NCBI GenBank assembly: GCA_963826115.1
Contig: CAWGVS010000005.1
Location: 1,504,001 to 1,568,000, forward strand
DNA from: an uncultured Candidatus Rokubacteria bacterium
GTDB taxonomy: Bacteria > Methylomirabilota > Methylomirabilia > Rokubacteriales > DASRDR01
Length of the DNA: 64,000 nt
Direction: 5' to 3'
Below are positions 19,016-28,236 of the stretch, in pieces. A program made the position numbers and the translations under genes. A model generated the notes under the pieces. It saw only the letters and a list, made by a program, of their open reading frames with translations, did no database searches and was not told the origin of the DNA. Position 1 is the stretch's first letter, and the number at the start of each line of letters is the position of its first letter.

Positions 19016-21046
19016 TCAGGCGCGCGCGACTCGCACGTCCAGGAAGGTGCTCTGGTAGGTCGCGCCCTCGCCGAGGTCGGTCAGGCGATCGGCGCAGATC
19101 AGGTTGATCGTCCCGGCCACGGCCTCGCCGGCCGGCCGCTGCCCGGGCACCAGCGCCACGCCCGGCGCCACCTCGTCGGAGACCCGCAGGCGCATCGACA
19201 CCGCGCCGAGGTCGTTGAAGAGCTCGACGCCGTCGCCCGCCTCGAGGCCGCGCGTCCGCGCGTCCGCGGGATGGAGCACCACGACGGGCGCGCCCTCGCG
19301 GCGCCGGAGGGCCGAGTTGCCGGAGAACGCGGTGTGGCTCTGGAAGTACCCGGGCGCGGTGAGGAGCCGGAGCGGCCACCGGCGTCCCTGCTCCGCCTCC
19401 TCCGCGTCCTCGTGCCAGTCGGGCAGGGCCCGGAGTCCCTGACGGGCGAGCGTCTCCGAATAGAACTCGAGCTTCCCGGACGGCGTCCCGAACCGCTGGC
19501 CGTCCGGATACGGGTCGACCTTGATCGGACCCGACGTCCGGAGCGCGTCGGGATCGAGACGCGCCGCGGGGCCCGTCGCGCCGACGAACGCGGTACGGAC
19601 CAGCTCCTCCATGCCCATCGAGAACACCGCGTCGCGGACGCCGAGCCGGCGGGCCAGCTCCTGGGCGAGCCGCACGTTGGACCACGCCTCGCCTTGGGGC
19701 GCCACGGCGCGCGGGGCGAACTGGACGTAGTACGCGCCGTATGCGCGGAAGAGGTCCTCGGTCTCGAGGTACGTCGTCGCGGGGAGCACGAGGTCCGCGT
19801 ACCGCGCGGTGTCGGTGAGGAACGGGTCGTGCACGACGGTGAAGAGATCCTCGCGCATGAGGCCCCGCCGGACCGCGGCCACGTCGGGGCACGTCACCGC
19901 CGGGTTGTTGGCGGAGACGAACAGCGCGCGGATCGGGGGGTCGCGCATCTCGAGGAGGTCTCGGCCGAGCCGCGAGTGGTTGACGAGCCGGGTCGCGGCG
20001 GGCCCCGACGGGCGGCGCACCGCCTCGAAGGAGAAACCGAACCCCCCGACGGTCGCGAGGAGCGCGCCGCCACCGCGCTTTCCATACGCGCCGACGACGG
20101 CGGGCAGGCACGCCACCGCGCGCACCGCCTGGCCCCCCTGGGTGTTCCGGGACATCCCGAAGCCGATCCGGATGTAGGGCGCCCGCGCCCGGCCGTAGAG
20201 GTGCGCGAGACGCTCGACATCCGCCGCGGGGAGCCCGGTGATCGCCGAGACCCGGTCCGGCGCGAAGCGCGGCAGGACCTCACGCTCGAGCCGCTCGAAC
20301 CCGAGGGTGTGGCGGTCGAGGTACGCGCGGTCCGCCAGGCCGTCCCGGACCAGCACGTGCATCATCCCCAGCGCGAGCGCGGCGTCGGTGCCGATCCGCG
20401 GGGCCACGTGCCAGTCGGCCTGGGCGGCCGTCCGGGTGCGCCGGGGGTCGATCACGACCAGCTTCGCGCCGCGCGTCCGCGCCTCCTCGGTCTTGGCCCA
20501 GGCGTGGACCGCCGTCGTCACGAGGTCGGCGCTCCAGGAGACGATCACGTCCGACTCGACCATCAGCTCGGGGTCCGCGCCGCCCACCGGCCCGCACGTC
20601 GTCTCCCACGCGACGTCGGCGCAGGTGTCGCAGATCGTCCCGGGCTGGAGGCGCGTCGTGCCGAGGGCGTGGAAGAGCGCCATGGGAAGCCAGCGGTTCA
20701 TCTGCCCCTGGTGCGCGCTGTAGCAGTAGCCGAGGATCGCGAGCGGCCCGTCCTCGCGGCGGATGGCCGTCCACCGCGCCGTCAGCTCGTCGAGCGCCTC
20801 GTCCCAGCTCACCGGCCGGAACTCTCCGGCGCCCTTGGGACCGGTCCGCCGGAGCGGCGTCCGCACCCGCTCGGGGGAGTGCACCAGCTCGGGCTCGCGG
20901 CGCACCTTCGCGCACACGAAGCCGGCGGTGAAGGGCTGATCGGGGTCACCCTCGACCCGGACCAAGCGCCCGTCCTCCACGTGGGCGAGGATCGAGCACA
21001 TGTCGGGGCAGTCGTGCGCGCACACCGTGCGGATCACCGTCGTCAC
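19016..21046 (-). CDS. Molybdopterin oxidoreductase (MopB/DMSO reductase superfamily)
   Basis: CAHDCPDMC...C Fe-S motif, SWDEALD, TDTARYADLVLPAT, TPSGKLEF, C-terminal MGD-binding domain. Confidence 0.93.
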   Translation of the reverse strand: MTTVIRTVCAHDCPDMCSILAHVEDGRLVRVEGDPDQPFTAGFVCAKVRREPELVHSPERVRTPLRRTGPKGAGEFRPVSWDEALDELTARWTAIRREDGPLAILGYCYSAHQGQMNRWLPMALFHALGTTRLQPGTICDTCADVAWETTCGPVGGADPELMVESDVIVSWSADLVTTAVHAWAKTEEARTRGAKLVVIDPRRTRTAAQADWHVAPRIGTDAALALGMMHVLVRDGLADRAYLDRHTLGFERLEREVLPRFAPDRVSAITGLPAADVERLAHLYGRARAPYIRIGFGMSRNTQGGQAVRAVACLPAVVGAYGKRGGGALLATVGGFGFSFEAVRRPSGPAATRLVNHSRLGRDLLEMRDPPIRALFVSANNPAVTCPDVAAVRRGLMREDLFTVVHDPFLTDTARYADLVLPATTYLETEDLFRAYGAYYVQFAPRAVAPQGEAWSNVRLAQELARRLGVRDAVFSMGMEELVRTAFVGATGPAARLDPDALRTSGPIKVDPYPDGQRFGTPSGKLEFYSETLARQGLRALPDWHEDAEEAEQGRRWPLRLLTAPGYFQSHTAFSGNSALRRREGAPVVVLHPADARTRGLEAGDGVELFNDLGAVSMRLRVSDEVAPGVALVPGQRPAGEAVAGTINLICADRLTDLGEGATYQSTFLDVRVARA

Positions 21047-21075
21047 GCGAGAGTCCCTCCCCTGGAGCGTCCAGC

Positions 21076-21116
21076 AATAAGCGGTAGGAGCCGAGCTGTG
21101 GGCTCGATCCTACCGC
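21076..21116 (-). terminator. GTAG/CTAC REP-like hairpin, possible intrinsic terminator
   Basis: GCGGTAGGA..CGAGC-N5-GCTCG..TCCTACCGC, followed by TTATT on the minus strand. Confidence 0.55.
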
Positions 21117-21208
21117 GGGACGGGTGGCCCCGGTAAAGAACCGCTTCCTGCCAGGCGCCGGGGGCCATTTATACCGGCGGCCACCCGGGTGGAACCACTC
21201 CCCGGTTC

Positions 21209-22813
21209 TCAGTGGGCGCCGGCCGGCGTGGGGCGGCTCCGCACCCGCCGGAACAGGAACACCAGCGGGATACACACCAGCGCCAGGAGCGCCAGGACCC
21301 GGAAAGTGTCGAGAAAGGAGAGGAGCGTCGCCTGCCGGACCAGCGTGCGATAGAGGAGGCCGAGCGCCGCGGGGCCCGCGGCGGCCGCGCCCACCTGCGG
21401 CGCCAGGTGCTCCCGCGCCTCCTCGAGCCAGCGCTGGTACTGGGGATCGTAGGGCGTGAGATGCGTCACCAGGCGCGCCTGGTGCGCCTGGGTCCCCCGC
21501 GTCAGGAGCGTGGTCACGGCCGCGATCCCGACGCTCGCGCCGATGTTCCGCATCAGGTTGAAGATGCCCGTTCCCTGTCCCATCTGCTCGCGCGAGAGGG
21601 TCGCCATCGCCGTCGTGGTGAGTGGCACGAAGATCAGCGGGCCGGCGAAGCCGTTCAGGATGCTGGTCCAGACCACGTCGCGCTGGGCGATGTCGAGGTT
21701 CATGTTGCTGTAGAGGAGCGCCGACGATCCGGCCAGGGTGAACCCCGCGCCGATCAGGATTCGGCTGTCCACTCGTCCGATGAGCCGGCCGACGATGATG
21801 CTGCAGGTGAGCGCCCCGAGTCCGCGCGGGCTCACGGCCAGTCCGCTCTGGAGGGCCGGATAGCCGAGCAGCGTCTGGAGGAACAGCGGCAGCATGGCCG
21901 TCGTGCCGTACAGCACCACGCCGAGCACGGTGATGAGCGCGGTGCCGATGGCGAAGTTCCGGTTGGCGAGGACGCGCAGGTTGACGATCGGCGAGTCGGT
22001 CGCCAGCTCGCGGAGGACGAACGCCACGAACGTCGCCAGCGAGATCACCGCGCACCAGCGCACCCAGGGCGCCGCGAACCAGTCCACCTCTTGGCCCCGG
22101 TCGAGGATCAGCTGGAGCGTCCCCAGGAACGTCACCATAAGACCGAAGCCCAGGTAGTCGACACGACGCTGGCGGCCCCCGCGGATGTACGGCGGGTCCT
22201 CGATGAACGTGTGCGCCATCAGGATCGCGATCGCCCCGACCGGCAGGTTGATGTAGAAGACCCATCGCCACGAGTAGTTGTCCGTGATCCAGCCACCGAG
22301 TGTCGGTCCCAGGATCGGCGCGACGATCACGCCCATCGCGAAGGCGGCCATCGCCGTCCCCCGCCGGGCGGGCGGAAAGCTCTCCATCAGCACCGCCTGC
22401 GCGATGGGCTGGAGCGCCCCGCCCCCGGCGCCCTGGAGAATCCGCGCCGCGACCAGCATGCCGAGCGAGGTCGCCGCGCCGCACAGGGCGGAGGCCGCCG
22501 TGAACACGATGATGCACGTGATGAGGAAGCGCTTCCGGCCGAACCGGCTCCCGAGCCACGCCGTGATCGGCAGCACGATCGCGTTCGAGATGAGGTAGCT
22601 CGTCAGGACCCAGGTCGCTTCCTCTGGGGTCGCGGAGAGGCTGCCCGCGATGTGCGGAAGGGAGACGTTGGCGACCGCGGTATCGAGCACCTCCATGAAC
22701 GTGGCCAGCATCACCGAGATGGCGATCAGCCACGGGTTGAAGCGGGGCGTCCACTCCGCCGGGAGCCCGGTCCCGTCCGACGCGCCAGGGGTGCCCCCCT
22801 CTTCCACCGCCAT
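21209..22813 (-). CDS. emrB: DHA2 family MFS efflux permease (EmrB-like)
   Basis: MEVLDTAVANVSLPHIAG, WVLTSYL, ARILQGAGGG, GPTLGGW, WVFYINLP. Confidence 0.93.
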   Translation of the reverse strand: MAVEEGGTPGASDGTGLPAEWTPRFNPWLIAISVMLATFMEVLDTAVANVSLPHIAGSLSATPEEATWVLTSYLISNAIVLPITAWLGSRFGRKRFLITCIIVFTAASALCGAATSLGMLVAARILQGAGGGALQPIAQAVLMESFPPARRGTAMAAFAMGVIVAPILGPTLGGWITDNYSWRWVFYINLPVGAIAILMAHTFIEDPPYIRGGRQRRVDYLGFGLMVTFLGTLQLILDRGQEVDWFAAPWVRWCAVISLATFVAFVLRELATDSPIVNLRVLANRNFAIGTALITVLGVVLYGTTAMLPLFLQTLLGYPALQSGLAVSPRGLGALTCSIIVGRLIGRVDSRILIGAGFTLAGSSALLYSNMNLDIAQRDVVWTSILNGFAGPLIFVPLTTTAMATLSREQMGQGTGIFNLMRNIGASVGIAAVTTLLTRGTQAHQARLVTHLTPYDPQYQRWLEEAREHLAPQVGAAAAGPAALGLLYRTLVRQATLLSFLDTFRVLALLALVCIPLVFLFRRVRSRPTPAGAH

Positions 22814-22849
22814 GTGAATCACATTACAATATCCGAACGTGAGTGTGAA
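22812..22849. promoter_or_regulatory. Overlapping divergent promoters with a putative TetR operator
   Basis: ATGTGA-A-TCACAT dyad (22812-22824); minus TTCACA-N17-TAATGT-N7-ATG; plus TACAAT-N8-GTG. Confidence 0.7.
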
Positions 22850-23522
22850 ACAAGCACCATCAATACATCGAGCGCGGGGCGCCGCCGCGCCCACGACCGG
22901 CCGCAAGGCTCGGGAGCGCGCGAGCCGCCGCGCGGAGGTGCTCGCCGCCGCCCGTCGCCTGTACGCGCGCAAGGGCTACCAGCAGGCGTCGATGGTGGAG
23001 ATCGCGCGGGCGTCGGAGCTCGCGGTCGGAACCCTCTACCAGCTGTTCCCGTCCAAGGAGGCGATCCTCCGGAGCCTCCTGGAGGACCGCATGGACGAGC
23101 TGGTCACGCGCGTGCGCGCCGCCCTCGAGGGCCGCCGGGACGTCCGGGACCAGCTCCGCCAGATCGTCGAGACGCACCTCGCCTTCGCGCGCGACAACGC
23201 GGACATCCTCCGCCTCTACCTGTCGGGCTGGATCGGCTACGACACCCGCACGCGCCAGCGGTTCGGCGACCGGCTCGACGCTCGCTACGAGCGCTACGTG
23301 GCCCTCCTCACCGGAGTCTTCGAGGCCGGGGTCCGGAGCGGCGCCCTCGCGCCCCGGCCGTCGCGGCGGCTCGCCGTCACGCTGGCCGGCCTGATCCACG
23401 CGGTGATCCGCCGCGGACTGCGCGAGCGTCGCCTCGACTTCGCGGCCGAGGGCGAAGCGCTGCTCGACGTGCTCCTCCACGGGGTGCTGCCGCGCGAGCC
23501 GGGCCGGGGAGCGTCGGCATGA
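22839..23522 (+). CDS. TetR/AcrR family transcriptional regulator
   Basis: VLAAARRLYARKGY...EIARASELAVGTLYQLFPSKEAI HTH. Confidence 0.92.
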   Translation: MSVKQAPSIHRARGAAAPTTGRKARERASRRAEVLAAARRLYARKGYQQASMVEIARASELAVGTLYQLFPSKEAILRSLLEDRMDELVTRVRAALEGRRDVRDQLRQIVETHLAFARDNADILRLYLSGWIGYDTRTRQRFGDRLDARYERYVALLTGVFEAGVRSGALAPRPSRRLAVTLAGLIHAVIRRGLRERRLDFAAEGEALLDVLLHGVLPREPGRGASA

Positions 23523-23575
23523 GCCCCCAGGCCGAAGGCCGTCCGATCGACTACCGCGGAGCGTAGGGTAGCCCA

Positions 23576-24883
23576 GTGAGCATCGACGGCGAGCTCGACG
23601 CGCTCCCGCGCCGCATCCCGTCACGGTGGACGCCGCGGCGCATCGTCTCCCTGGCGCTGATCGCCGTCGCGCTCGTCGCCGGGGCCTACTACGGGCACGC
23701 CTGGTGGCGCCACCTCCAGGCCCACGTCTCGACCGACGACGCCTACATCACGGGCAGGATCGCGCCGGTCAGCGCCCGCGTGTCGGGACACGTGGCCAAG
23801 GTCCTGGTCAACGACAACCAGGACGTCCAGGCGGGGGACATCCTGGTGCAGCTCGACGTCCGGGACTTCGAGGTCGCGCAGGCCGAGGCGCGGGCGGCGG
23901 TCGAGGCCGCCCGCGCGGATCTGAAGAACGCCTCCCTCAACGTGCCGCTGACCGACGACACCACGCGGAGCGCGGCCACCCAGGCGGAGGCCGCACTCGC
24001 GGCGGTCGAGCAGGGCGCCGAGATGTCGCGCCACGACCTCGATCAGCGACGCAGCGAGCTCCGCGCGAAGCAGGCCGCGGTCGCCGCCGCCGACGCGGGC
24101 GTCCGCGCGGCCGCCGCGGACTTCGACCGGGCGCGCCTCGACCGGGACCGCCTGGCCGAGCTCTTCCGGAGCCAGCTCGTCGCCCGGCAGGACCTCGACC
24201 ACGCCGAGTCGGCGCTCCAGAGCGCGCGGGCCGCGCTGGACCAGGCCCGTGAGCGCCTCGGCCAGGCGAGCGACGAGGCGCAGCAGGCGGCCGCCGGGGT
24301 GCAGAGTCAGACGTCGGCCCTCGCCCAGGCGAGTCGCCGCGTGGACGAGTCGCGAGCGACCCTGGCCAGCGCCGTGAGCCAGCGCCAGCAGGTCGGCGTC
24401 CGCCAGACGCAGGTCGACGCCGCGCGCGGCCGCCTGGACCAGTCCCTCGCCAGCCTGGCCCAGGCCGAGCTGAATCTCGTCTACGCCACCGTCCGCGCGC
24501 CCATGGCGGGTCGCGTGACGAAGAAGACCGTGGAGGTCGGGCAGGTCGTCCAGCCCGGCCAGCTCCTCCTCGCCGTGGTCGACCTCAAGGACGTGTGGGT
24601 GATCGGGAACTTCAAGGAAACCGACCTCACCGACGTGCGGGCGGGGCAGGTGGCGGCGATCACGGTGGACACGTATCCCGGCGTCGTCTTCAGGGGTCGC
24701 GTCGACTCGATCCAGGCGGGCTCGGGGGCCGTCTTCTCGCTGCTGCCGCCGGAGAACGCCTCCGGGAACTTCGTGAAAGTGGTCCAGCGGGTCCCCGTGA
24801 AGCTCGTCTTCGAGCCCGGCGAGACAACCAAGCACGTCCTGGTCCCCGGCATGTCGGTCGTCCCGACCATCGCCGTCCGCTGA
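23576..24883 (+). CDS. emrA: HlyD family membrane fusion protein (EmrA-like)
   Basis: STDDAY, lipoyl-like halves, coiled coil, FSLLPPENASGNFVKVVQRVPV. Confidence 0.92.
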   Translation: MSIDGELDALPRRIPSRWTPRRIVSLALIAVALVAGAYYGHAWWRHLQAHVSTDDAYITGRIAPVSARVSGHVAKVLVNDNQDVQAGDILVQLDVRDFEVAQAEARAAVEAARADLKNASLNVPLTDDTTRSAATQAEAALAAVEQGAEMSRHDLDQRRSELRAKQAAVAAADAGVRAAAADFDRARLDRDRLAELFRSQLVARQDLDHAESALQSARAALDQARERLGQASDEAQQAAAGVQSQTSALAQASRRVDESRATLASAVSQRQQVGVRQTQVDAARGRLDQSLASLAQAELNLVYATVRAPMAGRVTKKTVEVGQVVQPGQLLLAVVDLKDVWVIGNFKETDLTDVRAGQVAAITVDTYPGVVFRGRVDSIQAGSGAVFSLLPPENASGNFVKVVQRVPVKLVFEPGETTKHVLVPGMSVVPTIAVR

Positions 24884-25071
24884 CCCCCGCGCCCGCGCAG
24901 CGGGACGCTCGCGTCCCCTCCCTGTTCGCCAGTCTGCCCGTGAAGGCAGCACGACCTCGCCGGTGGCTCCTCGACTGTCCGCCCCTCGGGCTCCGGAAGC
25001 TCTGACCCGCCTCGCGGCCGCGGCGGGCAAAGTTTGACTCCGACCGCACGGCCCACCCATAGTCGTGGCGC

Positions 25072-26106
25072 ATGGGCGAGCAGGACCTGCCCGGCCGCCC
25101 CCCGTCCCCCGCGAGCCCCGGATGGCCACCGGCCGGCGCGCCGGACCCCGGACCGCCTCGCCCGCCCGCGTTCCAGCGCCCCAGCTTCCACGGACGCGGC
25201 GGCACCCTCTTCGGCATCCACGTCGTCAACGTCCTGCTCACGATCGTCACGCTCGGCGTCTACTACTTCTGGGCGAAGACGCGGACGCGGAAGTACCTCG
25301 TGGCCCAGACGGAGTTCCTGGGCGACCGCTTCGCATACCACGGCACGCCGAAGGAGCTGCTGCTGGGCATGCTCAAGGCGCTGCTCGTGTTCGGCCTGCC
25401 CATCTTCGCCCTGAGCCTGGTCGAGGACGTCCTCGCCGTGCCCCGGGCGGTGAAGGTCGCCGCGAGCTTCGCGTCCGCCGGCCTGTTCTTCGTGTTCTAC
25501 CCGGTCGCCCTCGTGGGATCCCGGCGCTACCGGCTGAGCCGCATCTCGTGGCGCGCTATCCGCTTCTCCTTCCGGGGCCGCACGGTCGAGCTGATCATGA
25601 TGATCCTTCACGGAAGCATCCTGACCGCGCTGACCCTCGGGCTCTACTACCCGTTCTTCGTCGTCCGCCGCCAGGGGTTCCTCGTATCGCACTCGTACTT
25701 CGGCGCGGATCGGTTCGACTTCACCGGCCGCGGCCGCGATCTCTTCGGACCCTTCCTGCTCGCCGCCGTGCTCACCCTTCCCACGCTGGGCCTCTGCTGG
25801 ATCTGGTACATCGCACGGAAGCGCCGCTACTTCTGGGACCACACGCGCTTCGGCGACGCCCGCTTCAGCTGCACCGTCAGCGGGCGTGCGCTCGCCGGCC
25901 TCTGGATCGTGAACGCGCTGCTCCTGGTCGTGACGCTCGGGCTCGCCTGGCCGTGGGTCCGCGTGCGCAGCATCCAGTTCGCGTTCCGGAGGATGGCCCT
26001 GATCGGGCCGGTCGACCTCGCGCGCATCCAGCAGGACGCGCAGCGCGTCTCCACCATCGGCGAGGGCCTGTCGGGCTTCTTCGACTCAGGCTTCGACTTC
26101 GCCTGA
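25072..26106 (+). CDS. YjgN/DUF898 family membrane protein
   Basis: VNVLLTIVTLGVYYFWAKTRTRKYL, repeated TLG.Y/W motifs. Confidence 0.9.
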   Translation: MGEQDLPGRPPSPASPGWPPAGAPDPGPPRPPAFQRPSFHGRGGTLFGIHVVNVLLTIVTLGVYYFWAKTRTRKYLVAQTEFLGDRFAYHGTPKELLLGMLKALLVFGLPIFALSLVEDVLAVPRAVKVAASFASAGLFFVFYPVALVGSRRYRLSRISWRAIRFSFRGRTVELIMMILHGSILTALTLGLYYPFFVVRRQGFLVSHSYFGADRFDFTGRGRDLFGPFLLAAVLTLPTLGLCWIWYIARKRRYFWDHTRFGDARFSCTVSGRALAGLWIVNALLLVVTLGLAWPWVRVRSIQFAFRRMALIGPVDLARIQQDAQRVSTIGEGLSGFFDSGFDFA

Positions 26107-26127
26107 CGCCGTGGCGTCGCGAGGCCG

Positions 26128-27228
26128 GTGATGCGGACCGACTGGCAGGGGTCGTACCTCGACGGGCGGACCGCGGCCCGCCAGCCCGTCACGATCCGGC
26201 TGATGCGTGAGGGCCTCGAGGTCACCCCGCCGGGCGGGCCGAGTCAGCTCTGGCCATACCGCGAGGTTCGGCAGACGCAGGGCACCTACGCCGGCGAGGA
26301 GGTCCGCCTCGAGCGCGGCGGGCCCCTGCCCGAAACGCTGGTGATCGGGGACAGCGCGTTCCTGGAGAGCCTCCACGATGCCGCGGCGCACGCCGGGATT
26401 CGCTTCCATGACCCGCGGCGCCGCGCCGCTCGGCTCCGCCTCACGATCGTGGCCGCCGCGGCGGTCGTGGTGGTGACCGCGGCCATCTACCTCTGGGGTA
26501 TCCCGCTGCTGGCGGCGTTCGCGGCGCCGCGCGTGCCGGTGGCCTGGGAGGAGAGCGTCGGCCAGTCCGCTGCCGCGTACCTGGCGCCGCCCGGAGAGCG
26601 CTGTAGCGACCCGCAGCTCCTCGCGGCCATGGACGACCTCGTCCGCCGGCTCACCGGGCCCGGCCCGCCGTCACCGTACGCGCTCCGCGTCTACGTCGTG
26701 AACCGCCCCACGATCAACGCGCTCGCGGTCCCGGGCGGCCACGTCGTGGTGTTCCGCGGCCTGCTCCGCCAGACGCGAACCCCGGAGGAGATGGCCGGCG
26801 TCCTGGCCCACGAGCTCCAGCACGTCCTGCGCCGGCACACGACCCGCGCGGTGATCCAGGACCTGTCGACCGGGCTCCTCCTCATGGCCCTCACCGGCGA
26901 CGCCACCGGCCCGCTCGCGTACGGCCTCCAGACCGCCCGGACGCTCGGCAAGCTGCGCTACACGCGCCACGCCGAGGAGGAAGCGGACGCCGAGGGCATG
27001 CGGATGGTGCTCGCGGCGCGCGTGAATCCCGCCGGCATGATCGCGTTCTTCCAGAAGCTCCAGCGGGAGGAGGGCGGCCGCGCAGGCCGCGCGCTCGCCT
27101 ACCTCCAGAGCCACCCGCCCGCCACGGACCGCCTGGCGCAGCTCCGGGGAGTCGCGATGGCCTGGCAGGGAACGCCGGAGCCACTCCTTCCCGCTACTGA
27201 CTGGAAGGCCCTGACCACCCGCTGCTGA
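26128..27228 (+). CDS. M48 family metallopeptidase
   Basis: INALAVPGG, AGVLAHELQH (HExxH), E..AD, SHP; usual partner of DUF898. Confidence 0.92.
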   Translation: MMRTDWQGSYLDGRTAARQPVTIRLMREGLEVTPPGGPSQLWPYREVRQTQGTYAGEEVRLERGGPLPETLVIGDSAFLESLHDAAAHAGIRFHDPRRRAARLRLTIVAAAAVVVVTAAIYLWGIPLLAAFAAPRVPVAWEESVGQSAAAYLAPPGERCSDPQLLAAMDDLVRRLTGPGPPSPYALRVYVVNRPTINALAVPGGHVVVFRGLLRQTRTPEEMAGVLAHELQHVLRRHTTRAVIQDLSTGLLLMALTGDATGPLAYGLQTARTLGKLRYTRHAEEEADAEGMRMVLAARVNPAGMIAFFQKLQREEGGRAGRALAYLQSHPPATDRLAQLRGVAMAWQGTPEPLLPATDWKALTTRC

Positions 27229-27402
27229 GCCATCCTGGGTCCCGTCTTGGGATGCCTTGGACCATCGTCCTGACCGATGCACTGCCAGGGTTCCCGTCAC
27301 ATGACGAGCAGACAGAGAACAGAGCCTCACACGAGCGCCACCATCCACCTGTGACTGTGGACTCCAGGTCGCCCGGGGGCGGCCCCCTGTCGCGAAATGC
27401 AC

Positions 27403-27431
27403 TTGACACTGTTGCGCAACATCCCTAGCTT
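27403..27431 (+). promoter_or_regulatory. Sigma70-type promoter with a palindromic operator in the spacer
   Basis: TTGACA(27403)-N17-TAGCTT(27426); perfect palindrome TGTTGCGCAACA at 27410-27421. Confidence 0.7.
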
Positions 27432-27458
27432 AGGCGGCCATTGGACGGGCACCGTGCC

Positions 27459-27514
27459 CACGTCCTCAACCTTCTCCGGAACGCAGGAGGTCTGACGGAT
27501 GCACGGACCGCGCA
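27459..27514 (+). repeat. Direct repeat copy 1 (leader plus first codons of lipoprotein 1)
   Basis: 48/56 identical to 28182-28236 by manual alignment. Confidence 0.9.
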
Positions 27515-27711
27515 GTGTTCGTCGCGCCATCTCGTTCATCCTACTGGTCGCCGGCACGCTGGCCCTGACCGGGTGCAACTCCAACTCGGTCTCAAGCAGC
27601 CAGTCGAAGCCTTCGAGCTCGACGAATGCAGAGGTCACATCCTCGGTCAAGCCGCCGGCCGGCCCGCGCTCACAGGGCATCCTGGACGCGGCCAAAGCCC
27701 AGGTGAGGTAG
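27499..27711 (+). CDS. Small Ser-rich lipoprotein, module 1
   Basis: AGGAGG SD; lipobox LTGC-NS; paralog at 28221. Confidence 0.8.
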   Translation: MHGPRSVRRAISFILLVAGTLALTGCNSNSVSSSQSKPSSSTNAEVTSSVKPPAGPRSQGILDAAKAQVR

Positions 27712-27715
27712 CGCC

Positions 27716-28159
27716 ATGGCTGACACGAGTGGTTTCCAACGGCGCGTATCGATGTCGCTCTGCGCGATCGCGCTGGGTCTCTTTCTGACTCTGGCGGTGG
27801 ATGGGGAGCTATCCCCGGCCGCGGCGTTCGATCGCTGGGTCGGCGCCGTCGTAGTGCCCGGTGCCGGAACCGCGTTCGATTTCATCGTTCTGGTGGATCC
27901 CGGAAGGAGCGCCAGCTTCGAATGGCGGGACGGCGGAAACGTCGTGGTGTTTAGCGGCCCGCTCGCAGCGAGCGTCTCAGGATCCCGGGTCACGGGCACC
28001 TTGTATCCCTTCGGAGGCGTGGCCACCCAAAATTCGTCATGCTGCAGGCCCTGTAACTTCAGAGGGACGATCTCTGGAAATCGCGTCGATGGAGCATTCG
28101 ACTCGGCAACCTGCACCGACGACGGCTCCGTCGCGACATTCTTCCTGCTCAAGCAGTAG
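27716..28159 (+). CDS. Secreted beta-rich Cys-containing protein, module 1
   Basis: Signal peptide ending AAA; GAGGT SD; paralog at 28516 (VTGT, PCNFxGT, DxAxC). Confidence 0.8.
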   Translation: MADTSGFQRRVSMSLCAIALGLFLTLAVDGELSPAAAFDRWVGAVVVPGAGTAFDFIVLVDPGRSASFEWRDGGNVVVFSGPLAASVSGSRVTGTLYPFGGVATQNSSCCRPCNFRGTISGNRVDGAFDSATCTDDGSVATFFLLKQ

Positions 28160-28181
28160 CGCCCGAGCAATGACGAATCAT

Positions 28182-28236
28182 CACGTCCTCAACCTTTCCC
28201 GAAACTCGGGAGGCCTGACCATGCACGGACCGCGCA
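28182..28236 (+). repeat. Direct repeat copy 2
   Basis: CACGTCCTCAACCTT...GGAGG.CTGAC..ATGCACGGACCGCGCA. Confidence 0.9.

Noticed and set aside
23564-23566. In-frame TAG as pyrrolysine recoding
   Set aside because: No pyl genes in the window, and TAG is used as a normal stop in many genes here
27459-28236. Direct repeats as a possible CRISPR array or att sites
   Set aside because: Only two copies about 720 bp apart, separated by genes; no cas or integrase genes
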